Below are positions 9,093 to 18,998 of a stretch of DNA of 64,000 nt, piece by piece. The position numbers and the translations under genes were made by a program. Each line of letters opens with the position of its first letter. Positions within the stretch are counted from its first letter, which is position 1. Origin of the DNA: Candidatus Bathyarchaeota archaeon (GTDB lineage: Archaea; Thermoproteota; Bathyarchaeia; Bathyarchaeales; Bathycorpusculaceae); NCBI GenBank assembly GCA_937873375.1, contig CALMWK010000125.1, positions 24,870-88,869 on the forward strand, given 5' to 3'. The notes under the pieces are model-generated. The model saw only the letters and a program-made list of their open reading frames with translations, was not told the origin of the DNA and did no database searches.

Positions 9093-9182
9093 CAGCCAGT
9101 CTTCATCCGGTGCAGCGGGTTTCCTGCTTGCATAAGCAAATAAACTACTTCTTCCCTTATTCACCAAAAGAGCGCGTTCAAC

Positions 9183-10529
9183 TTGATTGCTGACTTTGTA
9201 CTGAACAACGCCAAAGCATACCTCAAACAGGGCATAGTTGACTGCAGCATCGCAGTGGAAGATGGCAAAATCTTCAAAATCGGCAAAGAAACCCACATGT
9301 CCAAAGCCGAAGAAAAAACTGACCTGCACAACCTCTTGGTTTTGCCCGGCGTGATTGATTCTCATGTGCATCTTCGCGACGAAGAAAAAGCCTACAAAGA
9401 AACTTTTCTCACTGGAACTGCAGCGGCAGCCGCAGGTGGAGTAACCACTGTTTTGGACATGCCAAACAATACGCCTGTGACTATGAGCGCCCAGACCCTG
9501 CGGAACCGTTTGCAGCTTGCTAAACGGCTGGTCCTTGTTAATGTTGGTTTTTACTCCGAGTTCCCCAAAAACTTGAACGAACCCAAAGAAATAGTTGCTG
9601 AGGGCGCGGTCGGCTTCAAACTTTTCATGGCAGAACAAGTCGGCGGACTAAACATCGACGACGATGAAGCTTTGAAAGAAGCTTTCAAGAAAACCGCTGA
9701 GTTAAACGTTCCCGTTGCGGTTCACGCAGAAGACCACAGGCTGCTGAAAAAAGCCATAGAAAAACTCAAGTTGGCTAAACGCCACGACTTAACTGCTTTC
9801 CTTAAGGCGCACAACGAAAACGTGGAATATGCAGCCGTCAAACGTTTGCTTGACATAAACGCGCAAGTTGGCAATCACCTGCATTTCTGTCACCTCAGCA
9901 CTGAAAAAGGCTTGGACGCGGTGGCTGAAGCAAAAAAAGCTGACCAAAAAGTGACGTGTGAGGTGACGCCGCATCATCTCCTGCTGACAAAAGAGGCCTA
10001 TGAAAGTTTAGGTGTGAAAGCTGTGACTATGCCGCCGTTGCGCAGCAGAGAAAACGTGGAGGCACTCTGGAGAGGCGTAACCGAAGAAACAGTTGACCTC
10101 ATAGGCTCTGACCATGCGCCGCACACTTTGGAAGAAAAGGATGCAAACAGCATCTGGGACGTCAAAGTTGGCGTACCAGGTCTAGAAACTACGCTTCCTC
10201 TCATGTTAACCATGGTGCATAAGAAACGCCTGTCCCTTGACCGCGCTGTTCAGTTGCTTACAGAGAAACCCGCAGAAATCTTCAACTTAAATGACAGAGG
10301 ATGTTTGGAGCAGGGGAAAAACGCGGATTTTGTGGTTGTAGATTTTAACCAGCGATTCAAAATAGACGCCTCAAAATTCCAGTCGAAAGCGAAGTTTTCT
10401 CCTTTTAACGGTTGGGAAGCGCAAGGCAAACCCGTGAAAACTTTTGTGAACGGGCAGTTAGTTATGGATGAGCAGCGCATTGTGGCGAAACCTGGAAGCG
10501 GCAGCGTTGTTCGGAGAGCGCAAACGTGA
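9183..10529 (+). CDS. pyrC: dihydroorotase (cyclic amidohydrolase family)
   Basis: PGVIDSHVHLR, DMPN, HAED, CEVTPHHL, GSDHAPH. Confidence 0.9.
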   Translation: MIADFVLNNAKAYLKQGIVDCSIAVEDGKIFKIGKETHMSKAEEKTDLHNLLVLPGVIDSHVHLRDEEKAYKETFLTGTAAAAAGGVTTVLDMPNNTPVTMSAQTLRNRLQLAKRLVLVNVGFYSEFPKNLNEPKEIVAEGAVGFKLFMAEQVGGLNIDDDEALKEAFKKTAELNVPVAVHAEDHRLLKKAIEKLKLAKRHDLTAFLKAHNENVEYAAVKRLLDINAQVGNHLHFCHLSTEKGLDAVAEAKKADQKVTCEVTPHHLLLTKEAYESLGVKAVTMPPLRSRENVEALWRGVTEETVDLIGSDHAPHTLEEKDANSIWDVKVGVPGLETTLPLMLTMVHKKRLSLDRAVQLLTEKPAEIFNLNDRGCLEQGKNADFVVVDFNQRFKIDASKFQSKAKFSPFNGWEAQGKPVKTFVNGQLVMDEQRIVAKPGSGSVVRRAQT

Positions 10530-11011
10530 ATTTCATCGTGGACGGCATGCTGGGGACACTTGTCCGATGGCTCCGCATGATGGGGCACGACGTCAAATAC
10601 TCCACGGAACTGAAGGACATAGAGCTACTTTTAATTGCCAAAACAGAGAAGCGTGTTCTTCTCACAAGAGACCTGGCGCTGTTCCAGCAGGCTACTGTCA
10701 AGGGCGTTGAAGCGTACTACGTGGAAGGAACCAACGAACCGGAAAGACTCTCTGAATTAGCAAAACGATTCAACATTGCTCTGACGATTGACTTGGAAAA
10801 CTCGCGATGCCCAAAATGCAACACAAAACTATCGGCTGTGCCCAAACAAGAAATCGCTGATAAAGTGGAAAAGAACACTCTCAAGCATTATGATGATTTT
10901 TGGTTGTGCCCCAACTGTGGGCATGTGTATTGGCAGGGTGCACACTGGGCAAAAATCCGTACCACTCTCAAAGAAGCAGAAGAAAAACTAGAAAAGAAAG
11001 TTGAAGTTTAG
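10526..11011 (+). CDS. Mut7-C RNase domain (PIN-like) protein
   Basis: [39 protein letters not shown]. Confidence 0.9.
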   Translation: MNFIVDGMLGTLVRWLRMMGHDVKYSTELKDIELLLIAKTEKRVLLTRDLALFQQATVKGVEAYYVEGTNEPERLSELAKRFNIALTIDLENSRCPKCNTKLSAVPKQEIADKVEKNTLKHYDDFWLCPNCGHVYWQGAHWAKIRTTLKEAEEKLEKKVEV

Positions 11012-11262
11012 ACTGCAAGCCATTTGAGCGGAATATCTTGGAAGGTTCCGTCAGGCAACGTTCTCCTGATGGTAATCGGTAAGATGCCTGCTTCAAGCTC
11101 AGCCATTGCAATGTCAATTGGGCTGGAAAGGCGTTCGTCGACTTCAATCAGGATTGGCGCACCCATGCTGATTTGCAAACTTCGAGCGCCGACGATTCTG
11201 GCTCTTTCAAAGCGTGTAGTTTTTGGGGGACCAACAACGATTTTTTCTTGTGCTGCTGCCAT
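11008..11262 (-). CDS. rpoK: RNA polymerase subunit Rpo6/K
   Basis: [29 protein letters not shown]. Confidence 0.97.
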   Translation of the reverse strand: MAAAQEKIVVGPPKTTRFERARIVGARSLQISMGAPILIEVDERLSSPIDIAMAELEAGILPITIRRTLPDGTFQDIPLKWLAV

Positions 11263-11264
11263 GT

Positions 11265-12932
11265 TTAGAATCCTCCCATTCCGCCCATGCCGCCGCCCAT
11301 ACCTGGGGGCATACCGCCGCCTGGTGGCATTGGGGGTGACCTCATCTTTTCAGATGCGATTACGTCGTCGATTTTAATTATAAGCATAGCTGCTTCAGAT
11401 GCGGATTTTATGATTTGCTTTTTGACGGTTATGGGTTCGAAGACGCCAGCTTTGGACATGTCTTGAACTTTGCCAGATAAGACTTCTATTCCAGCCCAAG
11501 TTTCGCCTTTTTCATGTCTGGACCGTAATTCGGAGAGGATGTCGATGGGGTCTAAGCCTGCGTTCTCGGTGAGCGTTATGGCGATTGCTTCCAGTCCTTC
11601 AGCGAAGGCTTTTACTGCGAGTTGTTCTCTTCCAGGCAAGGTTTCAGCGTATTGCTTGAGTACCTTGGACATTTCGAGCTCGGGGGCGCTGCCGCCAGCA
11701 ACAATCTTTGGTTCTTGAATTATATCTCGAATTACGCATAGGGCATCGTGGATTGAGCGTTCGGTCTCGGCGTTCATGCGCGGGGTTCCGCCTCGGATGA
11801 GGATGGTGACTGCTTTGGGGTTTTTGCATCCTTCAATGAATGTCATTTTGTCTTCGGCGATTTTGCGTTCTTCAACCAGCGCCGCATATCCTAAGTCCGC
11901 CGAGGTGATATCGTCTAAGTTGGTGATTATTTTTGCGCCTGTAGCTTTGGCGAGTTTCTCAATATCTGACTTTTTAGCTCTGCGAATCGCAACTATATTC
12001 TTCCTCGCGAGGAAATGTTGCACCATGTCATCGATGCCTTTTTGGCAGATAACAACATTTGCGCCTGACGCAACTATCTTGTCAACCATGCTTTTGAGCA
12101 TACTTTCTTCTTGCTGGAGAAACGCCTCTATCTGGTCAGGGCTGTCTATGTTGATTTTTGCGTCAAACTCGGTTTTCTCAATCTCTAAAGAAGTGTCAAG
12201 TAAAGCGATTTTGGCTTTCTCCACCCGCTTGGACATACCTGAGTGAACGAGTTCTTTGTCAAGAACTATGCCGTTTATGAGGCTGGTGTCTCTGAGGGAT
12301 TCGCCTGTTTTCTTTTCCACTCGTACATCGTCAACGTCTGCTTTGTAGGAGCCGTTTTCTTTTTCGGCAACTGCAAGCATTGCTTTGACAACTATGTCAG
12401 CAAGGTATTCTTTGTGTTCTGCTACGAGTTTGCTTGCCATGGATGTAACGGCAACTTTTTTGAGTTGTTCCTTGTTTTTCAGATCTATGGGCATGGCTAT
12501 TTTCTCAAGGGTTTCCAAGGCTTTGGTTTGAGCTAAGGAGTAGCCGTCGATTATGACGTTTGGGTGAATGTTTTTCTCTATGAGTTCTTCGGCTTTGCTG
12601 AGAAGTTCGCCTGCGATTACGACGGCGGATGTGGTTCCGTCGCCTGCCTCGTTATCCTGAGTCTTGGCAACTTCGACCAGCATCTTAGCCGCAGGATTTT
12701 GAACGTCCATTTCGTCTAGAATTGTGCGTCCGTCGCTGGTTACGGTTACGTCGCCGAAGCTGTCAACAAGCATTTTATCCATGCCTTTTGGACCTAAGGC
12801 GCTTCTGACGCTTTCAGCTACGATTTTAGCGGCGGTTATGTTTGTGTGTTGAGCTTCTCGTCCGCGAGAACGATTGGAGCCTTCTTTCAATATGAGAACT
12901 GGCACACCGCCAGCTTGTGTATTTGATGACAA
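11265..12932 (-). CDS. ths: thermosome (group II chaperonin) subunit
   Basis: [16 protein letters not shown]-terminal GGM repeats; TTG start. Confidence 0.98.
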   Translation of the reverse strand: MSSNTQAGGVPVLILKEGSNRSRGREAQHTNITAAKIVAESVRSALGPKGMDKMLVDSFGDVTVTSDGRTILDEMDVQNPAAKMLVEVAKTQDNEAGDGTTSAVVIAGELLSKAEELIEKNIHPNVIIDGYSLAQTKALETLEKIAMPIDLKNKEQLKKVAVTSMASKLVAEHKEYLADIVVKAMLAVAEKENGSYKADVDDVRVEKKTGESLRDTSLINGIVLDKELVHSGMSKRVEKAKIALLDTSLEIEKTEFDAKINIDSPDQIEAFLQQEESMLKSMVDKIVASGANVVICQKGIDDMVQHFLARKNIVAIRRAKKSDIEKLAKATGAKIITNLDDITSADLGYAALVEERKIAEDKMTFIEGCKNPKAVTILIRGGTPRMNAETERSIHDALCVIRDIIQEPKIVAGGSAPELEMSKVLKQYAETLPGREQLAVKAFAEGLEAIAITLTENAGLDPIDILSELRSRHEKGETWAGIEVLSGKVQDMSKAGVFEPITVKKQIIKSASEAAMLIIKIDDVIASEKMRSPPMPPGGGMPPGMGGGMGGMGGF

Positions 12933-13085
12933 ATCCTATAAACCCCTTAGTGCGAACTTACAACAAAACGTCCTTGGCATATAAGTTTTTCTAAAAAATG
13001 TTATGCCTGCTTATGCTGAAAATAGGCATTTCTATGTGGTTTGCTATGTTAATGTGTAATGGCGTTTGGGAGGTTGTTGTGGGGG

Positions 13086-13589
13086 CTAGTAAACGGCAAC
13101 TTTGGCTACACCGTCAATTTTTAGCAGCTCATTTATGAGGTCGCCCGGGATTTTTTTCTCCACAATCAAAGTGAGTTTGGGTTCGGGTGAAAGTTCAGGG
13201 TCGTCTACGATTGCTTGCCGTATGCTTAAGCCGCCGTTGGTGAGGACCATGGCTGAGTTTGCGAGGATACCGTGGGCTTTTGCGTCAACAGGGGTGATTT
13301 CGACTACGCCGAGGTTGAGGTGCTTGGCAATTTCCTTTAGCGAGTGCCCTGCGGGTCGTATGTCCTCGAATATTATTCTGAGGTCACGGTTGGCTTTTAT
13401 GATGTTGACGGTTTCGTTTACGGTGCGGCGGTCTACGTTGGCAACACGAGCGATGCGTACGGGCGGGATTTCGATTTGGTTAAGGCAGATTTTTCCGTTT
13501 TTGACGTTTAGTCCGTTTTCTACGAGTACGCGGGCTACTTTTAGCCGTTCAGGGTAGTCTTGTAGTTGTTTTTTGATTGTGTTCCACAT
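13086..13589 (-). CDS. trpY: TrpY-like HTH-ACT tryptophan-responsive regulator
   Basis: MW start at ATG 13589; VDRRTV, PAG, SIRQA..DPEL, LKIDGV..V.Y; divergent from trpB2. Confidence 0.8.
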   Translation of the reverse strand: MWNTIKKQLQDYPERLKVARVLVENGLNVKNGKICLNQIEIPPVRIARVANVDRRTVNETVNIIKANRDLRIIFEDIRPAGHSLKEIAKHLNLGVVEITPVDAKAHGILANSAMVLTNGGLSIRQAIVDDPELSPEPKLTLIVEKKIPGDLINELLKIDGVAKVAVY

Positions 13590-13606
13590 GCAAGGGTTTC
13601 CTTGTG

Positions 13607-13622
13607 TGTATGTTTTTGTACA
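13607..13622. promoter_or_regulatory. putative paired TRP boxes (TrpY operator)
   Basis: TGTATG-N4-TGTACA in the trpY/trpB2 divergent spacer; TGTACA is the known TRP box consensus. Confidence 0.55.
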
Positions 13623-13703
13623 GTAACGCATAAATATGTTCCCGTATGTGTTGGTATTCAACACGTAATAATTGCATATACTCTGTAAAGGTGTAAAAAA
13701 AAC

Positions 13704-15116
13704 ATGCCAATCAGAAAAATACTTTTACCCGAGGACGACCTGCCAAAACAATGGTACAACATAGCTCCAGACCTACCAAAACCAATGCCCCCATTCATTG
13801 ACCCAGTGACCCATGAGCCAGGCGTCGGAATTGTCCCCAGAATATTCCCCAAAGCAATCATCGGTCAAGAACTAAGCCAAGAACGATGGATTGACATACC
13901 TGAAGAAGTAAGGGAAGTCTACAAACTTTGGAGACCCAGCCCACTCTACCGAGCAGTCAACTTGGAGAAGGCGCTGAAGACACCGGCAAAAATCTACTAC
14001 AAATACGAAGGTGTGAGCCCAGCAGGCAGTCACAAACCCAACACCGCCGTACCTCAAGCATACTACAACATGAAAGAAGGCACCAAGCGTTTGACCACGG
14101 AAACAGGCGCAGGCCAATGGGGTTCCGCTTTGTCATTTGCCGCCGCAATGTTTGGGCTGAAAGCAACCGTTTACATGGTCCGCGCAAGCTACGACCAGAA
14201 ACCGTACCGTAAAATGATGATGCACGCGTTTGGAGGAGAATGCTATGCAAGCCCCAGCAATAAGACCGAGGCAGGCAGAAAAATCCTCGCAGAAGACCCA
14301 AACAGCACAGGCAGCTTAGGTATCGCCATCAGCGAAGCAGTAGAAGATGCACTGGTTAACGAAGAGGAAGCCAACTACGCCATAGGCAGCGTCTTCAACC
14401 ATGTTCTCATACACCAAACTGTTGAAGGCTTAGAAACCAAGAAACAGCTTGAGTTGGTTGATGACTACCCCGATGTTATTTACGGCTGCATAGGCGGAGG
14501 AAGCAGCTACTCTGGACTCATCTGGCCATTCTACTACGACAAAGTTTCCAAGAAAGCACCAAAAGAAACGAAGTTCATCGCCACCGAAGCTACAGCTTGT
14601 CCAAAAGTCACCAAAGGCCAATACATCTACGACCACGGAGACACCGCAGGGATAACGCCTCTAGTTCCAATGCACACACTAGGCCACGATTTCATACCCG
14701 CACCAATTCACGCAGGTGGACTCCGCTATCACGGAATCGCCCCAACCATAAGTATACTAACTCAAGCAAATCAAATGACAACCGAAGCCTACAACCAGAT
14801 AGACGTCTTCGACGCAGCGAAACTGTTCATACAAACCGAAGGCATAATACCAGCCCCTGAACCGTCACACGCAATCAAAGGCGCCATCGACGAAGCCCTA
14901 AGATGCAAACAAACAGGCGAGGCAAAAACCATACTCTTTGTGCTTTGCGGTCACGGCCACTTTGACATGGCAGCCTACGACGAATACTTCAACGGCAACC
15001 TTAAGCCATATGAGTACCCAACAGAGAAAGTCGCGGAATCTATGGATAAACTCCACAAACTGTATCCGTGGCTGGACACTGTCAACAAGAAGTACATCAG
15101 CTGCGAACCATACTAA
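13704..15116 (+). CDS. trpB2: TrpB2 (stand-alone tryptophan synthase beta-like PLP enzyme)
   Basis: [37 protein letters not shown]. Confidence 0.95.
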   Translation: MPIRKILLPEDDLPKQWYNIAPDLPKPMPPFIDPVTHEPGVGIVPRIFPKAIIGQELSQERWIDIPEEVREVYKLWRPSPLYRAVNLEKALKTPAKIYYKYEGVSPAGSHKPNTAVPQAYYNMKEGTKRLTTETGAGQWGSALSFAAAMFGLKATVYMVRASYDQKPYRKMMMHAFGGECYASPSNKTEAGRKILAEDPNSTGSLGIAISEAVEDALVNEEEANYAIGSVFNHVLIHQTVEGLETKKQLELVDDYPDVIYGCIGGGSSYSGLIWPFYYDKVSKKAPKETKFIATEATACPKVTKGQYIYDHGDTAGITPLVPMHTLGHDFIPAPIHAGGLRYHGIAPTISILTQANQMTTEAYNQIDVFDAAKLFIQTEGIIPAPEPSHAIKGAIDEALRCKQTGEAKTILFVLCGHGHFDMAAYDEYFNGNLKPYEYPTEKVAESMDKLHKLYPWLDTVNKKYISCEPY

Positions 15117-15214
15117 GCGCAAAAAATTGACCACGTCTTGTGGTCTACCCTTTCCATTTTGTTTCATTTTTTTACTGTTTTATTTTTATGATTCAAACCT
15201 TATAGTATTAGCGA

Positions 15215-16390
15215 GTGGAACTGACGCTCCCTATGAACCCAGAAAAAAAGCCAACATCGAGCCCTGCAAGTGAGATTCCAGTAAAAACAGTTGGGTTAAT
15301 TGTGAACCCAATAGCTGGTATGGGAGGCGCTGTTGGACTCAAAGGAACCGACGGAAAAACAATCCTAAACCAAGCCCGCTCTCTGGGAGCAAAGCCAATT
15401 GCCCCTGCCAGAGCAGAAGCCTTTTTGTCCGGGTTAAGCCCTGCTAAAAATCACCTGAAACTGGTGGTTGGCGCGGGAGCCATGGGAGAAGACCAAGCTG
15501 AACGCTGCGGCTTCGCCTACAAGGTTGTTGGGGAAAGAAAAAAGGAAACCAGTGCAAAGGACACGCAGGCAACTGCCAAAAAAATCAAGGAATCGGGTGT
15601 TGACTTGCTGGTTTTCTGTGGTGGAGATGGCACAGCCAGAGACGTATTCACAGCCGCGGATATGGAGCTTCCAGTGTTGGGTGTTCCCACAGGGGTTAAG
15701 ATGCACAGCGCCGTTTTCGCGGTTACGCCTGCAGCCGCCGCCAGAGCAACCCTGCGTTTCTTGTGGGCTGCGTTGCCCCTGAGGGAGGCTGAGGTGATGG
15801 ATATTGATGAAGTTGCCTTCAGAGAAGGGCATGTTTCAGCGAAACTTTATGGTTATGTTTTGACGCCTTATGAACCGCATTTGATTCAAGCGAATAAGGT
15901 GGCAAGCCCGATGACTGAAGATGAAGTGCGCAATCAAGCAGCCATAGCAATCTACATTATCGAAAACATGAAACCCGAAGTATTGTACATTGTTGGTCCG
16001 GGAACGTCGACTCGCACAGTTGGGGACCTTTTAGACGAGAAGAAGACCCTGTTGGGTGTAGACCTCTTCTACAACAAAAAAATAGTTGCCAGAGACGTGA
16101 ACGAGAAACAAATACTGGAGTACATACAAGGGAAAACCGCCAGAATCATCGTGACGCCCATTGGTGGCCAAGGCTTCATTTTTGGAAGAGGAAACCAGCA
16201 GATAAGCGCCAAAGTTATTCGGCAAGTGGGCTTAGACAACATACGCGTCATTGCGACGGAGAGTAAACTGCGGAGCCTGAGAAACCTGAAAGTGGACACG
16301 GGCGACCCAAATATGGATAACACGCTCAGAGCACACACTTTCAGAGTCCTTTCAGACTACAAAACCGAGCGCCCCATACAAGTTGAATAA
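15215..16390 (+). CDS. ATP-NAD kinase family protein (AcoX-like)
   Basis: NPIAGMGGAVGLKGTDG, GGDGTARD, GVKMHS, GRGNQQ; start may be ATG 15233. Confidence 0.88.
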   Translation: MELTLPMNPEKKPTSSPASEIPVKTVGLIVNPIAGMGGAVGLKGTDGKTILNQARSLGAKPIAPARAEAFLSGLSPAKNHLKLVVGAGAMGEDQAERCGFAYKVVGERKKETSAKDTQATAKKIKESGVDLLVFCGGDGTARDVFTAADMELPVLGVPTGVKMHSAVFAVTPAAAARATLRFLWAALPLREAEVMDIDEVAFREGHVSAKLYGYVLTPYEPHLIQANKVASPMTEDEVRNQAAIAIYIIENMKPEVLYIVGPGTSTRTVGDLLDEKKTLLGVDLFYNKKIVARDVNEKQILEYIQGKTARIIVTPIGGQGFIFGRGNQQISAKVIRQVGLDNIRVIATESKLRSLRNLKVDTGDPNMDNTLRAHTFRVLSDYKTERPIQVE

Positions 16391-16484
16391 GGAAGCTTCC
16401 GCTTACGTGGCTCTGCGTTGGCGGTAGCTAAATTGAAATATAGCAGTTCACGAATCTACTCTGAAACAAGCTGAGGCGCAAAAA

Positions 16485-17588
16485 GTGATTCCGATTAACC
16501 TGCCCAAAATTGGGGAAGAAGAAGTTGAAGCCGTCGTCAAAGTCCTGCGAAGCGGCATAGTCACAAGTGCACTGGGCGCAGGACCCATGGTCACAACTTT
16601 TGAGAAAAACTACGCCAAATTTGCAGGCGTAAAACATGCAATAGCAGTTAACACGGGTACAGCAGCGTTGCACATGGCTGTTGTGGCAGCGGGCGTGAAG
16701 GCAGGGGATGAGGTGATTTTGCCAAGTTTCACTTTTGTAGCCACCGCAGAAGCGGTTGTCATGGCGGGCGGTAAACCCGTGTTCACCGACATCGACCCTG
16801 AAACATACTGTCTCTCTCCAGCTGCCGTAGAAAAAGCAGTAACCAAAAAAACAAAGGTTATCTTACCTGTGGATCTATACGGCTGGCCAGCTGACATCAA
16901 GCCGCTGAGGGAAATTGCCGCCAAACACAACTTAGCCATTGTCGAAGACGCAGCACAAGCTCATGGGGCAACCCGAAGCGGGAAACCCGCGGGTGCTTTT
17001 GCGGATATGGCGTGTTGGAGTCTTTACGCAAGCAAAAACATGACCACTGGTGAAGGCGGTGTTGTAACTACTGATAGCGATGAGTTGGCTGAAAAGTTGC
17101 ATATGTTGCGGACGCATGGGGAGAAAGCGAAGTATTCCTCGGAGATGCTTGGTTATAATTATCGCATGCCTGAAATTGAAGCTGCCATAGGGTTGGTTCA
17201 GTTGGAGAAATTGCCCAGCTTTGTGGCTTCGCGTCGTGCACACGCCAAAAGACTCAGCGAGATCCTTTCAAAAAATGAGCGCCTAAAGCGGCCTGTGGAG
17301 CCGCAAGGTGGATTGCATAGCTGGTACCTTTACACGGTTAGGCTCATGAACAGTGATGCGAAGGAGAGAAACCGAATCTTGGATGAAATGAAGAAGAAGG
17401 GCATCGGCGCAGAAGCCTACTACGTGAACCCTGTGCACCTTATGCCTTATTACCTGAACAGTTTTGGCGCGCGCAAGCTTCCTGAAACCGAAAAGGCATC
17501 TGAGCAAGTGTTCTCTTTGCCAGTTCACCCAAGAGTCACCGAAGAACAAGTGGTCGACATAGGTAAAACGCTACTTCAGCTCTTGTAG
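16485..17588 (+). CDS. DegT/DnrJ/EryC1/StrS aminotransferase
   Basis: GTAALH, EDAAQAHGA, SKNMTTGEGG, GYNYRM. Confidence 0.95.
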   Translation: MIPINLPKIGEEEVEAVVKVLRSGIVTSALGAGPMVTTFEKNYAKFAGVKHAIAVNTGTAALHMAVVAAGVKAGDEVILPSFTFVATAEAVVMAGGKPVFTDIDPETYCLSPAAVEKAVTKKTKVILPVDLYGWPADIKPLREIAAKHNLAIVEDAAQAHGATRSGKPAGAFADMACWSLYASKNMTTGEGGVVTTDSDELAEKLHMLRTHGEKAKYSSEMLGYNYRMPEIEAAIGLVQLEKLPSFVASRRAHAKRLSEILSKNERLKRPVEPQGGLHSWYLYTVRLMNSDAKERNRILDEMKKKGIGAEAYYVNPVHLMPYYLNSFGARKLPETEKASEQVFSLPVHPRVTEEQVVDIGKTLLQLL

Positions 17589-17740
17589 TGATTCAACCGT
17601 TGCACACTATGCCTCTGGCTGATATCTAAAAAGATGCAGATGGGCAAGTTTAGTGTAAGAGTTAAATACAGACTCGCATACTATGACTGCCTGTCCTGAA
17701 AAGTCGGGACGAATTTCTCGAAAACAGGAGAAGAAAAACT

Positions 17741-18127
17741 GTGAGTACCGAAGAAAACGTCTCCCGTATAAAAATAAAGTTTCTGATAGAGGGTTTAGGT
17801 GAAGCCGAAGGCGAATTTATGCGTTTCTTGGCGCCTCGAACAATAGAAACGTTAACCAGAAAACTGCCGTTAGAAGGTCGTGCAGCCCTCTATAAAGAAG
17901 AAATCTATTTTGAGATTCCAGTGAAAATGGGTGAAGAAAAAGCCAAACCAACTGTAGAAGTGGGCACTATAGCGTTTTGGCCTATGGGGGGCGCTTTATG
18001 CGTATTTTATGGACCGTCGCAACCCTACAGTCCCGTAAGTATCTTGGGCAAAATCACAAAGAACCTAGAGATTTTCAAACAGGTAAAAAGCGGAACCAGA
18101 ATCCGCGTTGAGGCTCTAGAAAGATAG
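17741..18127 (+). CDS. cyclophilin-like fold protein (DUF369-like)
   Basis: APRT...LP, EIYFEIP, IAFWP..ALCVFYG. Confidence 0.8.
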   Translation: MSTEENVSRIKIKFLIEGLGEAEGEFMRFLAPRTIETLTRKLPLEGRAALYKEEIYFEIPVKMGEEKAKPTVEVGTIAFWPMGGALCVFYGPSQPYSPVSILGKITKNLEIFKQVKSGTRIRVEALER

Positions 18128-18595
18128 GGAGCTTTCGCGCCACATTTCCAAGAGCCGCGCGCACTCTTCTTTGACGCTTGCGTCTTGGCTCTTTTCTTTT
18201 AATTCTTCCAAGAAATCTATGCGCTTTTGTACTGTGCGCTTTTCTGAGTTGCCGCCGTAGTAGAGTTCTCCATCCAAATACTCTTTCATATGGTGCATCT
18301 TCTGCACGAGGAGGCTGGCGAAGTCAACAGGGTTTTCAACTGCGAATTTGTTGGCCCAGATGACCACTTCGGTTTCTCGGAGCTGGGTTAAGCCGTCAAT
18401 CTCCATTATCTGGCGGATGTAGGTTCGCAGAAGCTCGTAGGCTCCAGCGGTTTTTAGGAGTTCGAGGGCTTGGTTAACTTTCTCTACGAAAGCGGGGTTA
18501 CCCTTCACTGTTAGGTTGTGTTTGTAGCCTGCGTCTACGAGTTGCTTGGCTTGTTTAACTTCTTCTTCAGTGTAGACTCTTTCTGGAAACTCCAA
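18116..18595 (-). CDS. hypothetical protein
   Basis: 159 aa ORF co-oriented behind rps25e; TTG start with GGAG RBS. Confidence 0.75.
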   Translation of the reverse strand: MEFPERVYTEEEVKQAKQLVDAGYKHNLTVKGNPAFVEKVNQALELLKTAGAYELLRTYIRQIMEIDGLTQLRETEVVIWANKFAVENPVDFASLLVQKMHHMKEYLDGELYYGGNSEKRTVQKRIDFLEELKEKSQDASVKEECARLLEMWRESSLSF

Positions 18596-18650
18596 ACAGA
18601 ATTAACTCCTGCTTAGTAAAATGAAAAAACGGATTGAAATATGTTGGGAA

Positions 18651-18977
18651 TTACTCGCAGGGCTTGTAAACTTTGAGGCTGTGGCTTCCTGAAACCAGTT
18701 GCACGGCACCGTTTTGTTCTAGCTGTTTTAGGAATTCTTTGGCTGCGCTTATGCGGATGTTGAATTTTGTGGCTACGGCGTAAGGTGTCAGAACGGGCAT
18801 TCTCTTTATTTCGGCGACGTTTTTGTCGTTTTTTGCGTCAGGAGCAATTACGCCTATGGTTGTGCGTTTTTCCTTTGGTGCTCCTTTCTTCTCTTTCTTA
18901 TCTTTCGATGCGGCTTCGTCAGTTTTTTCTTGCTGCTTTTCCATCTGTTTCAAGCCGATTTTCTTTTTTCCACCCAT
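18651..18977 (-). CDS. rps25e: 30S ribosomal protein S25e
   Basis: MGGKKK, lysine-rich N-terminus, LTPYAVA..RISAAKEFL. Confidence 0.92.
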   Translation of the reverse strand: MGGKKKIGLKQMEKQQEKTDEAASKDKKEKKGAPKEKRTTIGVIAPDAKNDKNVAEIKRMPVLTPYAVATKFNIRISAAKEFLKQLEQNGAVQLVSGSHSLKVYKPCE

Positions 18978-18998
18978 GACTAGTCACTTTCCGCTAAT

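Noticed and set aside
11265..11340. GGC/ATG-type short repeats
   Set aside because: Ordinary Gly-Gly-Met chaperonin tail
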